The notes beneath the pieces were generated by a model. That model ran no database searches. It saw only the letters and a program-made list of their open reading frames with translations, and was not told the origin of the DNA. A program made the position numbers and the translations under genes. 64,000 bases of DNA from Gemmatimonadota bacterium (GTDB taxonomy: Bacteria > Gemmatimonadota > Gemmatimonadetes > Longimicrobiales > RSA9): positions 13,959 to 77,958 of the forward strand of contig JBBDRO010000103.1 in the NCBI GenBank assembly GCA_040905425.1. Direction: 5' to 3'. This document shows positions 9,275-17,780 of the stretch, one piece after another. How positions within the stretch are numbered: position 1 is the stretch's first letter; each line of letters starts with the position of its first letter.

Positions 9275-10646
9275 GCCCGCGGCCCGCCTGCTCGGTGCAC
9301 TCGGTGAGATCGCGGGCCCGGGGGCGGTCCGCGCCGGCGCGGCCGCTGACGCGGTGCACGGTGTCCTCCCGGCCGCGGTGGTCACCCCGCCGGACGCCGC
9401 CGGCGTGGCCGCCGTGCTGGCGCGCTGCAGCGCGGAGGGATGGGCCGTGGAGCCGGCCGGAGCGGCCGGGCGCACGGCCTGGGGACGCCCGCCGGCCCGC
9501 GTGGACGTGCTGCTCTCCACACGCGCGCTGGCGGCCGTGGAGGACTACGTGCCCGCCGACCTGGTGGCCACCGCCGGCGCCGGCGTGCCGCTCGGGGGTC
9601 TGGCCGAGCGCCTGACCGCCGCAAGGCAGTGGCTGCCCCTGGACGCGCCGGGGGGCGGCGCCAGCAGCGTGGGCGCCGTCTTCGCGCAGGGCAGCGCCGG
9701 GGCCCTCCGCGCCACGTACGGCGCGCCCCGTGACCTGGCGCTGGGGCTCGAGGTGGCCACCGGCGACGGCCGCCTCCTGGCACTGGGCGGACGCGTGGTC
9801 AAGAACGTGGCCGGCTACGATCTGGTGCGCCTGGTGGTGGGGAGCCAGGGGACCCTCGGCGTGATCACCCGCGTACACCTCCGCCTGCGTCCGCTGCCCG
9901 CCGCGGATGGCACGCTGGACCTGCGCGCGGCCAGCGCCGGCGCGGCGGCCGGGGCGGCGCTGGCGGTGCGGGAGGCCGTCCCCGTGGCGGCGCTGGAGGT
10001 CCTGGGGCCCGGGCTGCGGGTGGGTGGGGAGGCGGCGGATGGCTGGCGCCTCCTGGTCCGGCTGCACGGCAACGCACCGGCGGTGGCGGAGCTGCGCGAG
10101 CGGGCGCTGGCGGCGGCCGCGGCCTGTGACGCGCGGCCCGCTCCCGGCGGCGCCTCGAGCGGGCCCTGCGGCGCCCCGAGCCAGGTCGGCGCGGACCGCG
10201 TCTGGGCGGACGTGGCGCTGCTCGGGGCGGCCGCACCGCTCTTCCTGCGGCTGGCCGGTCCGCCTGCGGCGCTCGAGCGCACGTTGCGGTTGGCCGCGCG
10301 CTGCGCGGATGCCGTCGGGATGGCAGGCGGCAACGGCAGCCATGCTCCGGGGCGCAGCGGGGCCGGCGGGCCGTCCGGGCTGGCCGGGCACGCGGGAACC
10401 GGAGTGGTGCGGCTGTGGGGCGCGGTGCCGGAGGACGCCCCCGAACGGCTGGCCGGCGTGCTGGCGGACGTCCGTGCCAGCCTGGCGGGGCAGGGCGGCA
10501 GCCTCACCGTGGCACGTGCGCCCGCGCCGCTGGCGGCGCGCCTGGACCTCTTTCCGGATCCCGGCCCGGCCGGCCGGCTCATGCGCGAGCTCCGCCAGAC
10601 CTTCGATCCCGCCGGCATCCTCTCGGCAGGCAGGTGGGTGGTTTGA
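9267..10646 (+). CDS. glcE: glycolate oxidase FAD-binding subunit GlcE
   Basis: ATG 9267 overlaps the glcD stop (ATGACTGA). FAD-binding PCMH-type motifs: VVTPPDAAGVAAVLARCSAEGWAVEPAGA...VKNVAGYDLVRLVVGSQGTLGVITRVHLRL. An Ala-rich central expansion makes it longer than the E. coli protein. Confidence 0.75.
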   Translation: MTEPAARLLGALGEIAGPGAVRAGAAADAVHGVLPAAVVTPPDAAGVAAVLARCSAEGWAVEPAGAAGRTAWGRPPARVDVLLSTRALAAVEDYVPADLVATAGAGVPLGGLAERLTAARQWLPLDAPGGGASSVGAVFAQGSAGALRATYGAPRDLALGLEVATGDGRLLALGGRVVKNVAGYDLVRLVVGSQGTLGVITRVHLRLRPLPAADGTLDLRAASAGAAAGAALAVREAVPVAALEVLGPGLRVGGEAADGWRLLVRLHGNAPAVAELRERALAAAAACDARPAPGGASSGPCGAPSQVGADRVWADVALLGAAAPLFLRLAGPPAALERTLRLAARCADAVGMAGGNGSHAPGRSGAGGPSGLAGHAGTGVVRLWGAVPEDAPERLAGVLADVRASLAGQGGSLTVARAPAPLAARLDLFPDPGPAGRLMRELRQTFDPAGILSAGRWVV

Positions 10647-11983
10647 CGGAGCGGAAGCGGGGGGCCGACATCCTGAGCGCCGAAATGGACGGCCTGCTGG
10701 CGTGCGTCCACTGCGGCTTCTGCCTGGACGCCTGCCCCACCTACACGCGGCTGGGCCACGAGGCGGATTCGCCACGCGGACGCCTTCACCTCATGCGCGC
10801 CGTGGCCGAGGACCGTCTGGACGCCGCCAGCCCCGCCTTCGGCACGCATATCGACCGCTGCCTGGGCTGCCGCGCCTGCGAGCCCGTGTGCCCCTCCGGC
10901 GTGCAGTACGGCTGGCTGCTGGAGCGGGCCCGCGCGGCGTCGGCCGCGGCCACGGGCATCCGCCGCTCCACCCGGCTGCTGCTACGCGTCTTCGGCTCCC
11001 CCGTGCTGGCCCGCCTGGCCGGGCTGGGCGGCCGGCTCGCACGGCCCGTGGCGGGTCTGCTGGCGCGCTGGCTGCCGGCGCGCCTGGGCTCGGCCCGCTT
11101 TGCCCTGGCCATGCTGGCGGGCACGCGGCCCTGGCGCCGCCTGCGGCACGCCACCGCCGCTCCGGAGCGTGCCCCGGAACCGGACCACTTCGACGCACGC
11201 GCGCTGGCGCCGCCGGAAACGCACGCGGCCCAGGGGGCCGCCACGGGGCTCCGCGTGGGGCTGCTCACCGGGTGCGTGCAGGAGGGGCTCTACGCGCGTG
11301 TGAATCGGGCCACGGAGGCCGTCCTGCGCGCGCACGGTTGTGAGATCGTGAGCGTGCCGGCGCAGCGCTGCTGCGGGGCGCTCCATGCCCACGCGGGGGA
11401 GCTGGCTGGCGCGCGCGCCCTGGCCCGCGCCAACGTGGCCGCCTTCGAGGCCGCCGGAGTGGAGCGGATCGTGGTCAACGCCGCGGGGTGCGGGGCCGTC
11501 ATGAAGGAGTACGCCGAGCAACTGGCCCATGACCCGGCCTGGGCCGCCCGGGCCGAGCGCGTGACGGGCCGGGTGCGGGACCTCTTCGAGCTGCTCGTGG
11601 AGCTGGGCCCCCGTGTGGGTGCGCCGCTTCATCTCCGCTACACCTACGACGCGCCCTGCCATCTGCACCACGCCCAGGGCATCACGCGGGCGCCGCTGGA
11701 CGTGCTGTCCGCCGTCCCGGGACTCGAGCATATCCCCCTCGCGCGCGCCGAGGAGTGCTGCGGCGGCGCGGGCACCTACGGCCTGTTGCACCCCGAGCTG
11801 GGCGGGCGCATCCTGCGCGACAAGGTGGCCGCCGTGGTAGCCACCGGCGCCGACGTGGTGGTCACCCCCAATCCCGGCTGCATGATGCAGATCGGCGCGG
11901 GGCTGGTGCTGCACGGCCACGCCATGCCGGTGCTCCATCCCGTGGAGCTGCTGGCCGAGAGCTATCGACGACTGGAGGAGTAG
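10643..11983 (+). CDS. glcF: glycolate oxidase iron-sulfur subunit GlcF
   Basis: Two ferredoxin Cys motifs (CVHCGFCLDACPTY, CLGCRACEPVCPSGV) and two CCG domains (CCGA...; ECCGGAG). TTG 10643 overlaps the glcE stop, and ATG 10685 is an alternative start. Confidence 0.85.
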   Translation: MTERKRGADILSAEMDGLLACVHCGFCLDACPTYTRLGHEADSPRGRLHLMRAVAEDRLDAASPAFGTHIDRCLGCRACEPVCPSGVQYGWLLERARAASAAATGIRRSTRLLLRVFGSPVLARLAGLGGRLARPVAGLLARWLPARLGSARFALAMLAGTRPWRRLRHATAAPERAPEPDHFDARALAPPETHAAQGAATGLRVGLLTGCVQEGLYARVNRATEAVLRAHGCEIVSVPAQRCCGALHAHAGELAGARALARANVAAFEAAGVERIVVNAAGCGAVMKEYAEQLAHDPAWAARAERVTGRVRDLFELLVELGPRVGAPLHLRYTYDAPCHLHHAQGITRAPLDVLSAVPGLEHIPLARAEECCGGAGTYGLLHPELGGRILRDKVAAVVATGADVVVTPNPGCMMQIGAGLVLHGHAMPVLHPVELLAESYRRLEE

Positions 11984-11986
11984 CGC

Positions 11987-13159
11987 ATGCCGTCGACCTG
12001 GACCGGAGACCCGACGGCGCTGGAGCGGCGCCTGGACGCCCCGCCCGCCGAGGTGGCGGAGCGCGTGCTGGCGCGCCTGCGCCGCTACGTGGAGGTGGAG
12101 ACGCCCAGCAACGATGAGGCACGGCTCGGCGCGCTGGCGGAGCTCCTGGCCGCGGACCTGGAGGCGCTCGGGGGGCGCGTGGAACGCCAGCCCGCACCGG
12201 CGCTGGGGATGAACCTGCTGGCCCGCGTGGAGGGGCGGGAGGACGCCCTGGAGCCGGTGGTGATTCTGGCGCATCTGGACACCGTCCATCCCGTGGGCAC
12301 GCTGGCGCGCATGCCGTTCCGCGTGGACGAGGGGGCGGTGCGCGGCCCCGGCGTCTATGACATGAAGGGCGGCGTGGCCGTGGCCCTCGAGGCGCTGGCC
12401 GCGCTCCTGGCCGCCGGGTCCGCGCCGCGCCGCCCCCTGCTGCTGGCCCTCACCTGCGACGAGGAGATCGGCTCCCACGGTTCCGAGGCGCTCATCGCGG
12501 ACGTGGCGCGCCGGGCCGCCGCGGTGCTGGTGCCGGAGCCCTGCCTGGAGGACGGCGGCGTGAAGACGGCGCGCAAGGGCGTGGCCACCTACCGGCTGGA
12601 CGTCACGGGGAGCGCGGCGCACGCCGGCCACGAGCCGCAGCAGGGGGCCAGCGCCATCCACGAACTGGCGCACCAGATCCTGGCGGTCCTCCCGCTGGCA
12701 GACGGGGAGCGCGGCACGCGGCTGAACGTGGGTACGATCAAAGGCGGCAGCGCCTCCAACGTGGTGGCGGCTGGTGCCCAGGCCCTGGTGGACGTCCGCC
12801 TGCAGGAGCCGGGTGAGGGCGGGCGCGTGGCCGCCGCCATGGCGGCGCTCGAGCCCCGGGATCCCGGCACGAGCGTACGGGCCCTGCTCCAGGAGGACCG
12901 TCCGCCGCTGGTGCGCACGGACGCGGTGGCGGCGCTCTACGACCACGCCCGCGAGGTGGCCCGGGAGCTGGGCGTGGCGCTCACCGAGGGCCGCTCGGGC
13001 GGCGGCTCGGACGGCTCGCTTGCGGCGGCCGCCGGCGCTGCCGTCCTCGACGGGCTGGGCCCCCTGGGCGGCGGCGCCCACGCCGACTCCGAGCACGTCG
13101 TGCTGGCCGACCTGCCCTACCGCGTGGCGCTCATGGCCGGCCTCCTGGACACGCTCTAG
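11987..13159 (+). CDS. M20 family metallopeptidase (carboxypeptidase G2-like)
   Basis: VVILAHLDTVHP, GPGVYDMKGG, LTCDEEIGSHGS, and a GGGSDGS tail motif. Confidence 0.8.
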   Translation: MPSTWTGDPTALERRLDAPPAEVAERVLARLRRYVEVETPSNDEARLGALAELLAADLEALGGRVERQPAPALGMNLLARVEGREDALEPVVILAHLDTVHPVGTLARMPFRVDEGAVRGPGVYDMKGGVAVALEALAALLAAGSAPRRPLLLALTCDEEIGSHGSEALIADVARRAAAVLVPEPCLEDGGVKTARKGVATYRLDVTGSAAHAGHEPQQGASAIHELAHQILAVLPLADGERGTRLNVGTIKGGSASNVVAAGAQALVDVRLQEPGEGGRVAAAMAALEPRDPGTSVRALLQEDRPPLVRTDAVAALYDHAREVARELGVALTEGRSGGGSDGSLAAAAGAAVLDGLGPLGGGAHADSEHVVLADLPYRVALMAGLLDTL

Positions 13160-13164
13160 GCGGC

Positions 13165-13962
13165 GTGGTGCCGCAGGTGGAGATACGCGGGCTGGCCTCC
13201 GAGGAAGAGCGGCGCGCCGCGGTGGCGCTCCAGGAGGCCACCTGGGGCGCCGGTTTCTCACAGAAGGTCCCCGAGTCGGTGCTCTGGTTCGTGCCGCGCG
13301 TCGGCGGCATCGCGGGCGGCGCCTTCGCCGCCGTCGGCGCGCTCGTGGGCTTCGTCTTCGGCGTCACCGGGTGGGTGGACGGCGCACCCCTCCACTGGTC
13401 CGACATGCTGGCCGTGCGCGGCGACCTGCGCGGCGCGGGCATCGGGCTGGCGCTGAAGCGCTGGCAGCGGGCCGAGCTCCTGGCGGCCGGTGTGACCCGG
13501 GCGCAGTGGACCGTCGATCCGCTGGTGGCAGCCAATGCCCACTTCAACTTCGACCGCCTGGGCTGCACGGCCGGCACCTACCTGCGGGACGTCTACGGCA
13601 GCTCCGACTCCCCCCTGCACGCCGGCGTGGGCACCGATCGGCTGCTGGTGGAATGGGCGCTGGACGCGCCGCGCGTGGCGGCGCTGGCCGCGGGGGAGGT
13701 GGCACGGGAACCGTCGCTTGAAAGGGGTGAGGAAGAGATTCCGCTGCTGGATCCCGCCGTGCCGTTGGCGGCGCCCACGGTGGGCATCGCGGCGCCGGCC
13801 GACATCCAGCGGCTGAAGACCGCCGACGCCGCGCGCGCCCAGGCGTGGCACGTCCGCCAGCGGGAGAGCTTCGAGTGGGCGTTCGCCGCGGGCTACCGGG
13901 TGCGTGGTTTCAGGAGGCGGGCGGACGGCGGTGGGGTGTACGTGCTGAGGGCCACGGCCTAG
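13165..13962 (+). CDS. GNAT-like acetyltransferase-fold protein
   Basis: 265 aa. An acetyl-CoA-pocket-like segment reads MLAVRGDLRGAGIGLALKRWQRAE (R/Q-x-x-G-x-G/A). The family assignment is approximate. Confidence 0.5.
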   Translation: MVPQVEIRGLASEEERRAAVALQEATWGAGFSQKVPESVLWFVPRVGGIAGGAFAAVGALVGFVFGVTGWVDGAPLHWSDMLAVRGDLRGAGIGLALKRWQRAELLAAGVTRAQWTVDPLVAANAHFNFDRLGCTAGTYLRDVYGSSDSPLHAGVGTDRLLVEWALDAPRVAALAAGEVAREPSLERGEEEIPLLDPAVPLAAPTVGIAAPADIQRLKTADAARAQAWHVRQRESFEWAFAAGYRVRGFRRRADGGGVYVLRATA

Positions 13963-14126
13963 CGATGTGTCGCAGAAGTCACGTTGCATTCGGAACCGGC
14001 TGCATCCCAGCCAGCGTCGTTGCTCGTCGTCGGCATAGCTACGGCTATGCTCTCCTCCTCGCGCCTAGCTGGCCGGGCGCATCCGGCCCCTCGGTGCGAC
14101 ACGGGACTTCTGCGACACATCACTAG
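13959..14126. repeat. 168-bp element bounded by 25-bp inverted repeats (2 mismatches), filling the gap between convergent genes
   Basis: The left arm ctagcgatgtgtcgcagaagtcacg (13959-13983) is the reverse complement of the right arm cgggacttctgcgacacatcactag (14102-14126), with 23/25 matches. An inner 7-bp hairpin gcatagc-tacg-gctatgc lies at 14033-14050. The left arm contains the GNAT stop codon. Confidence 0.75.
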
Positions 14127-14131
14127 CGCCC

Positions 14132-16018
14132 TCAGCTGGCGCGTACGCTGGTCTTGGCCTCGTAGAGGGCGGCGTCGGCGGCGCGAATGAGGTCGCTCGG
14201 CTCGGTCATGCTCGGATCGTAGAGCGCGATCCCGGCGCTCACGGACAGCCGCTTGTCCTCGGTGGTGCGTTGCAGCTGGTCCCGCACCCGCTCCACGAAG
14301 ACGCGCGCCCCCTCCCGGTCCACGTCGGTCACCAGCGCCACGAACTCGTCTCCCCCCCACCGCGCCACCAGGTTCATGGCCCGGGTCTCGTGCGCCAGGA
14401 CGCTGGCGAAGCGGCGCAGCGCCTCGTCGCCCGCCAGGTGGCCGTGCCGATCGTTGAAGGCCTTGAAGCCGTCCAGATCCAGCATGACGGCCACCAGCCG
14501 GCGGCCCCGCCCGGCCGCGGCGAACTCCCGCGCCAGGTCGCGATCCAGCTGGCGCCGGTTGGCCAGGCCGGTGAGGGGATCCGTCACGGACAGCTGGCGG
14601 GCCTGGGCCAGGAGGCGAGCGTTCTCGATGGCTACGGCCGCCTGACCCGCCAGCGCTTCGAGGAGCTCCAGGTCGGGCGCGTCGAAGGGGTGGGGCGCCA
14701 CGCACGCCAGCACGCCCAGCACCTGGTCGTGGAAGCGCAGCGGCGCCGCGGCCACGGGGGAGCCGCCCAGCCGACTGCGGCTGCGCGCCAGGACGTCCCG
14801 CATGGCGGCTGGATCGGTGGTGGTGGCCACCTGGCCGGAGTGCGCCACGTTGCCCGTGAAGCTGTCCTCCACCGACGTGCGGCGGCCCACGATGCGCTCG
14901 GGGATGCCCTCCCCCGCTCGCAGCTCCAGGGACTGGCCGTCATCGGAGAGGAGTTCGATGACCGCGGCGTCCGCGCGCAGCAGCGTGTTGCACCAGTGGG
15001 TGACGCGGCGCAGCGTCTCGTCCAGGTCCTCCGCGCCGGCCAGCGCCGCGCTCACCTCCACCAGCGCCTGGTTCTGCGCCAGGAGATGGCGCTCCTGCGG
15101 CAGCGAGCGCGTGTCACTGAGGAGCTGGGCCACGCGCAGCGCCAGCAGGGCGCCCAGGAGCCCCAGGGCCAGGCCGGTGGCCTGACCCAGCGGCGCGCCC
15201 AGCCCGGCATCCACCACCACCGCGCCCATGCCCAGTGCCACGGCGGGCGCCACCACCAGGCGCAGCGCCGCCCCGCCACTGCTACCGGGCGGCGCCAGGG
15301 CGGCGGACGCGCCGCGGGTGGCAAGGAAGAGCGCGGCGGCCGCCACCAGACCCCAGCCCGACACCTGGAGGAGTAGTGCCAGCCCGCCGGGGCCCAGCAC
15401 GGTGCCCACGCCGATGGCTACGGCGCCGGTGCCCACCCCCAGCGCGACAGGCAGCCCCACCGCGCGCCGCTGGACCACCACCAGCACCGCGCAGTAGAGC
15501 AGGGCGCAGAGCATGGCCACGGGCGCCACCAGCGAGGCGGCTTCCGCCAGGAATGTGTCATTGGCCGGGTCAGGGGTCCAGCGCAGGGCCAGCACCGTGG
15601 CGGCACCCACGAGCAGGGCGCTGTCGGCCACGATCTCCAGCATGCGGCCCCGCTCGCGCTCATGGAGCGCCCACGCCAGCGCCAGCGCCAGCATGCCGGC
15701 CGCGGTGCCCGACAGGAGCAGCGCCATGGTGTGCGCGGGAGGCAGCATGCCACCGGCGGTGGCCGCCAACGCCGCCAGTACCACGATGGCCCACGGGCGG
15801 CCTGCCTGACGGGGCAGGCGCAGCCAGGCCGCGGCGGCCAGACCGGCGGCGCCGAAGGGCGCGGCGGCGCGCAGGACGGCCGCATCGGAAAATGCCCACG
15901 CACCCGTGGCCGCGGCGATCACGTACGTGATGATCGCGGCCAGGGGCAGAAGGCGGGCGGTGCGCCCGGCCCGGGCGCCGCCCCCGTCCGCGGGGCTGTC
16001 CCTACCGATGTGATCCAT
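14132..16018 (-). CDS. membrane-bound GAF-GGDEF diguanylate cyclase
   Basis: About 8 hydrophobic helices, then a GAF-like region, then a GGDEF domain (DPLTGLANRRQLDRDL...LDLDGFKAFNDRHGHLAGDEALR...ARWGGDEFVALV). ATG 16018 (MDHIGRD...) is preferred over the longest-ORF start at 16135. Confidence 0.85.
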   Translation of the reverse strand: MDHIGRDSPADGGGARAGRTARLLPLAAIITYVIAAATGAWAFSDAAVLRAAAPFGAAGLAAAAWLRLPRQAGRPWAIVVLAALAATAGGMLPPAHTMALLLSGTAAGMLALALAWALHERERGRMLEIVADSALLVGAATVLALRWTPDPANDTFLAEAASLVAPVAMLCALLYCAVLVVVQRRAVGLPVALGVGTGAVAIGVGTVLGPGGLALLLQVSGWGLVAAAALFLATRGASAALAPPGSSGGAALRLVVAPAVALGMGAVVVDAGLGAPLGQATGLALGLLGALLALRVAQLLSDTRSLPQERHLLAQNQALVEVSAALAGAEDLDETLRRVTHWCNTLLRADAAVIELLSDDGQSLELRAGEGIPERIVGRRTSVEDSFTGNVAHSGQVATTTDPAAMRDVLARSRSRLGGSPVAAAPLRFHDQVLGVLACVAPHPFDAPDLELLEALAGQAAVAIENARLLAQARQLSVTDPLTGLANRRQLDRDLAREFAAAGRGRRLVAVMLDLDGFKAFNDRHGHLAGDEALRRFASVLAHETRAMNLVARWGGDEFVALVTDVDREGARVFVERVRDQLQRTTEDKRLSVSAGIALYDPSMTEPSDLIRAADAALYEAKTSVRAS

Positions 16019-16145
16019 AGGCGTGCTGCCGCCGTCCGTGGCGGTCGTAGCTGAGTGCGTTCGCCGGGGAGAAAAAGCGAAGATTGTAAAAGATACGCCA
16101 CGGCGCGGGCGCGCCACAAGAGGAATGGCTCCCATCCGGGGAGGC

Positions 16146-17627
16146 CTATCCGGCGGGCGCGAGCGCGGCGGCCCCCTCCTCCAGCAGTGACCAGGCGCGC
16201 AGGACGTGCCGTTCGGTGGTCTTGAGATTGCCGATGGCCAGCCGGAGGGCGTAGCGGCCGCCCACGCGGGTGTGGGAGAGGAACACTTCCCCGGAGGCGT
16301 TGACGTGGTCCAGCAGCGCCTCGTTCAGCCGGTCCTGCTCCTCGGGCGTGGCGTGCGGCGGGACCCAACGGAACGCCACCACGGACAGCAGCGTGGGTGC
16401 CACGCGCTTGAAGGCGGGGTGTCCGTCCACCCTCGTGGCGAAGAGGCGGGCCAGCGCAACGTGGCCGCGCAGCCGCTCCGCGATCCCCGCCGTGCCGAAA
16501 TACCGGAGCACGAACCAGAGCTTCAGCGCCCGGAAGCGGCGCCCCAGCGCCACGCCGTAGTCCATGAGGTTGCGCGTATCCTCGCGGGTGCGCAGGTACT
16601 CCGGCACCAGGCTGAAGGCGCCGCGCAGCATCTCCGGCCGCCGCGTGTAGAGCACGGAGCAGTCCACCGGCACGAAGAGCCATTTGTGAGGGTTGACCAC
16701 CAGCGAGTCGGCGCGCTCACATCCGTCCAGCACCCAGCGCAGCTCGGGCACCACCGCGGCCGCGCCGCCATAGGCCGCGTCCACGTGCAGCCAGATGCCC
16801 TCCGCCTCACAGATGTCGGCAATCTGTGGCACCGGGTCCACGGCCGTGGTGGAGGTGGTGCCGGTGGTGGCTACCACGGCCATGGGGCGGACGCCGCGGG
16901 CCAGGTCCTCGTGAATGGCCGAGACCAGGGCGGCGGGGTCCATGCGGAGATCTGCGTCGGTGGCCACGCGCCGGATCCCGCTCGTGCCGAGACCCAGCGT
17001 GAGGGCCGCCTTGTCCACGCTCGAATGCGCCTCGGTGGAGCAGTAGACGGCCAGCGGCGGCAGGTCGGCACGTCCGGCCATGCCGTGCTTCCGGATGCCC
17101 AGGTCCAGCGCCTCGCGGGCCGCGGCCAGGGCGTAGAGCGTGCTGCTCGACGCCGTATCGTTGATGGTGCCGTCCAGCCCCGCCGGCAGTCCCAGCATCT
17201 GGCGCAGCCAGTCCAGCGTGACCTCCTCCAGCTCCGTGGCGGCGGGGCCGGAGCGCCACAGCATGGCATTCACGTTCAGCGCCGCCGCCAGCGCCTCGCC
17301 CAGGATGCCGGGTCCGGAGCCAGTGATGGAGAACCAGGCAAAGAAACCGGGATGGTTCCAGTGGGTGGTGGCGGGCATGATCAGGCGGTCGAAATCGGCC
17401 AGAATGTCCTCGAAGGGCTCTCCCTCCTCCGGCGCCGACGCGGGCAGCACGGCGCGGATCCCGCCCGGCTCCACGGTGGGCAGGACGCGCCAGTCCTCCG
17501 TGTGCTCCAGGTAGGCGGCAATGCGGTCCACCACGTCCCGGCCGAAGCGGCGCACGTCCTCGGGTGGCATGTCGGTGGAAGCCCGCGGTGGGGCCTGGTC
17601 GATGGCGGACGGCAGTGGCGCTGGCAT
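16146..17627 (-). CDS. pyridoxal-dependent (group II) aromatic-L-amino-acid / tyrosine decarboxylase-like enzyme
   Basis: HWNHPGFFAWFSITGSGPGILGEALAAALNVN, and NPHKWLFVPVDCSVLYTR (PLP-Lys region). Confidence 0.85.
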   Translation of the reverse strand: MPAPLPSAIDQAPPRASTDMPPEDVRRFGRDVVDRIAAYLEHTEDWRVLPTVEPGGIRAVLPASAPEEGEPFEDILADFDRLIMPATTHWNHPGFFAWFSITGSGPGILGEALAAALNVNAMLWRSGPAATELEEVTLDWLRQMLGLPAGLDGTINDTASSSTLYALAAAREALDLGIRKHGMAGRADLPPLAVYCSTEAHSSVDKAALTLGLGTSGIRRVATDADLRMDPAALVSAIHEDLARGVRPMAVVATTGTTSTTAVDPVPQIADICEAEGIWLHVDAAYGGAAAVVPELRWVLDGCERADSLVVNPHKWLFVPVDCSVLYTRRPEMLRGAFSLVPEYLRTREDTRNLMDYGVALGRRFRALKLWFVLRYFGTAGIAERLRGHVALARLFATRVDGHPAFKRVAPTLLSVVAFRWVPPHATPEEQDRLNEALLDHVNASGEVFLSHTRVGGRYALRLAIGNLKTTERHVLRAWSLLEEGAAALAPAG

Positions 17628-17780
17628 GACTCCTCCCCGTGAGCCCGGCGGATACTGGTGGCGGTGCCACGGTGGTGCAACGTAGCGCGCGAGCGCATTG
17701 CCGGCGACGGGCCAGCGCTTCCGGGTGGGCGCGCGTCATGTTAAACTTGAACGCTTCCCCGAGCTTCTGTCCCGTACAGG

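Noticed and set aside
7664-10775. Long minus-strand ORFs (7664..9004 at 446 aa; 9210..10775 at 521 aa) and the off-frame plus ORF 9907..11343
   Set aside because: They overlap glcD, glcE and glcF. They are extremely Arg/Gly/Ala/Pro-biased with no motifs, so they are shadow or off-frame ORFs.
10982-13261. 759-aa minus-strand ORF
   Set aside because: It is antisense to glcF and the M20 peptidase, which have clear family motifs. The translation is Arg/Ala/Gly/Pro/His-rich with no motifs. This is a typical shadow ORF of high-G+C DNA.
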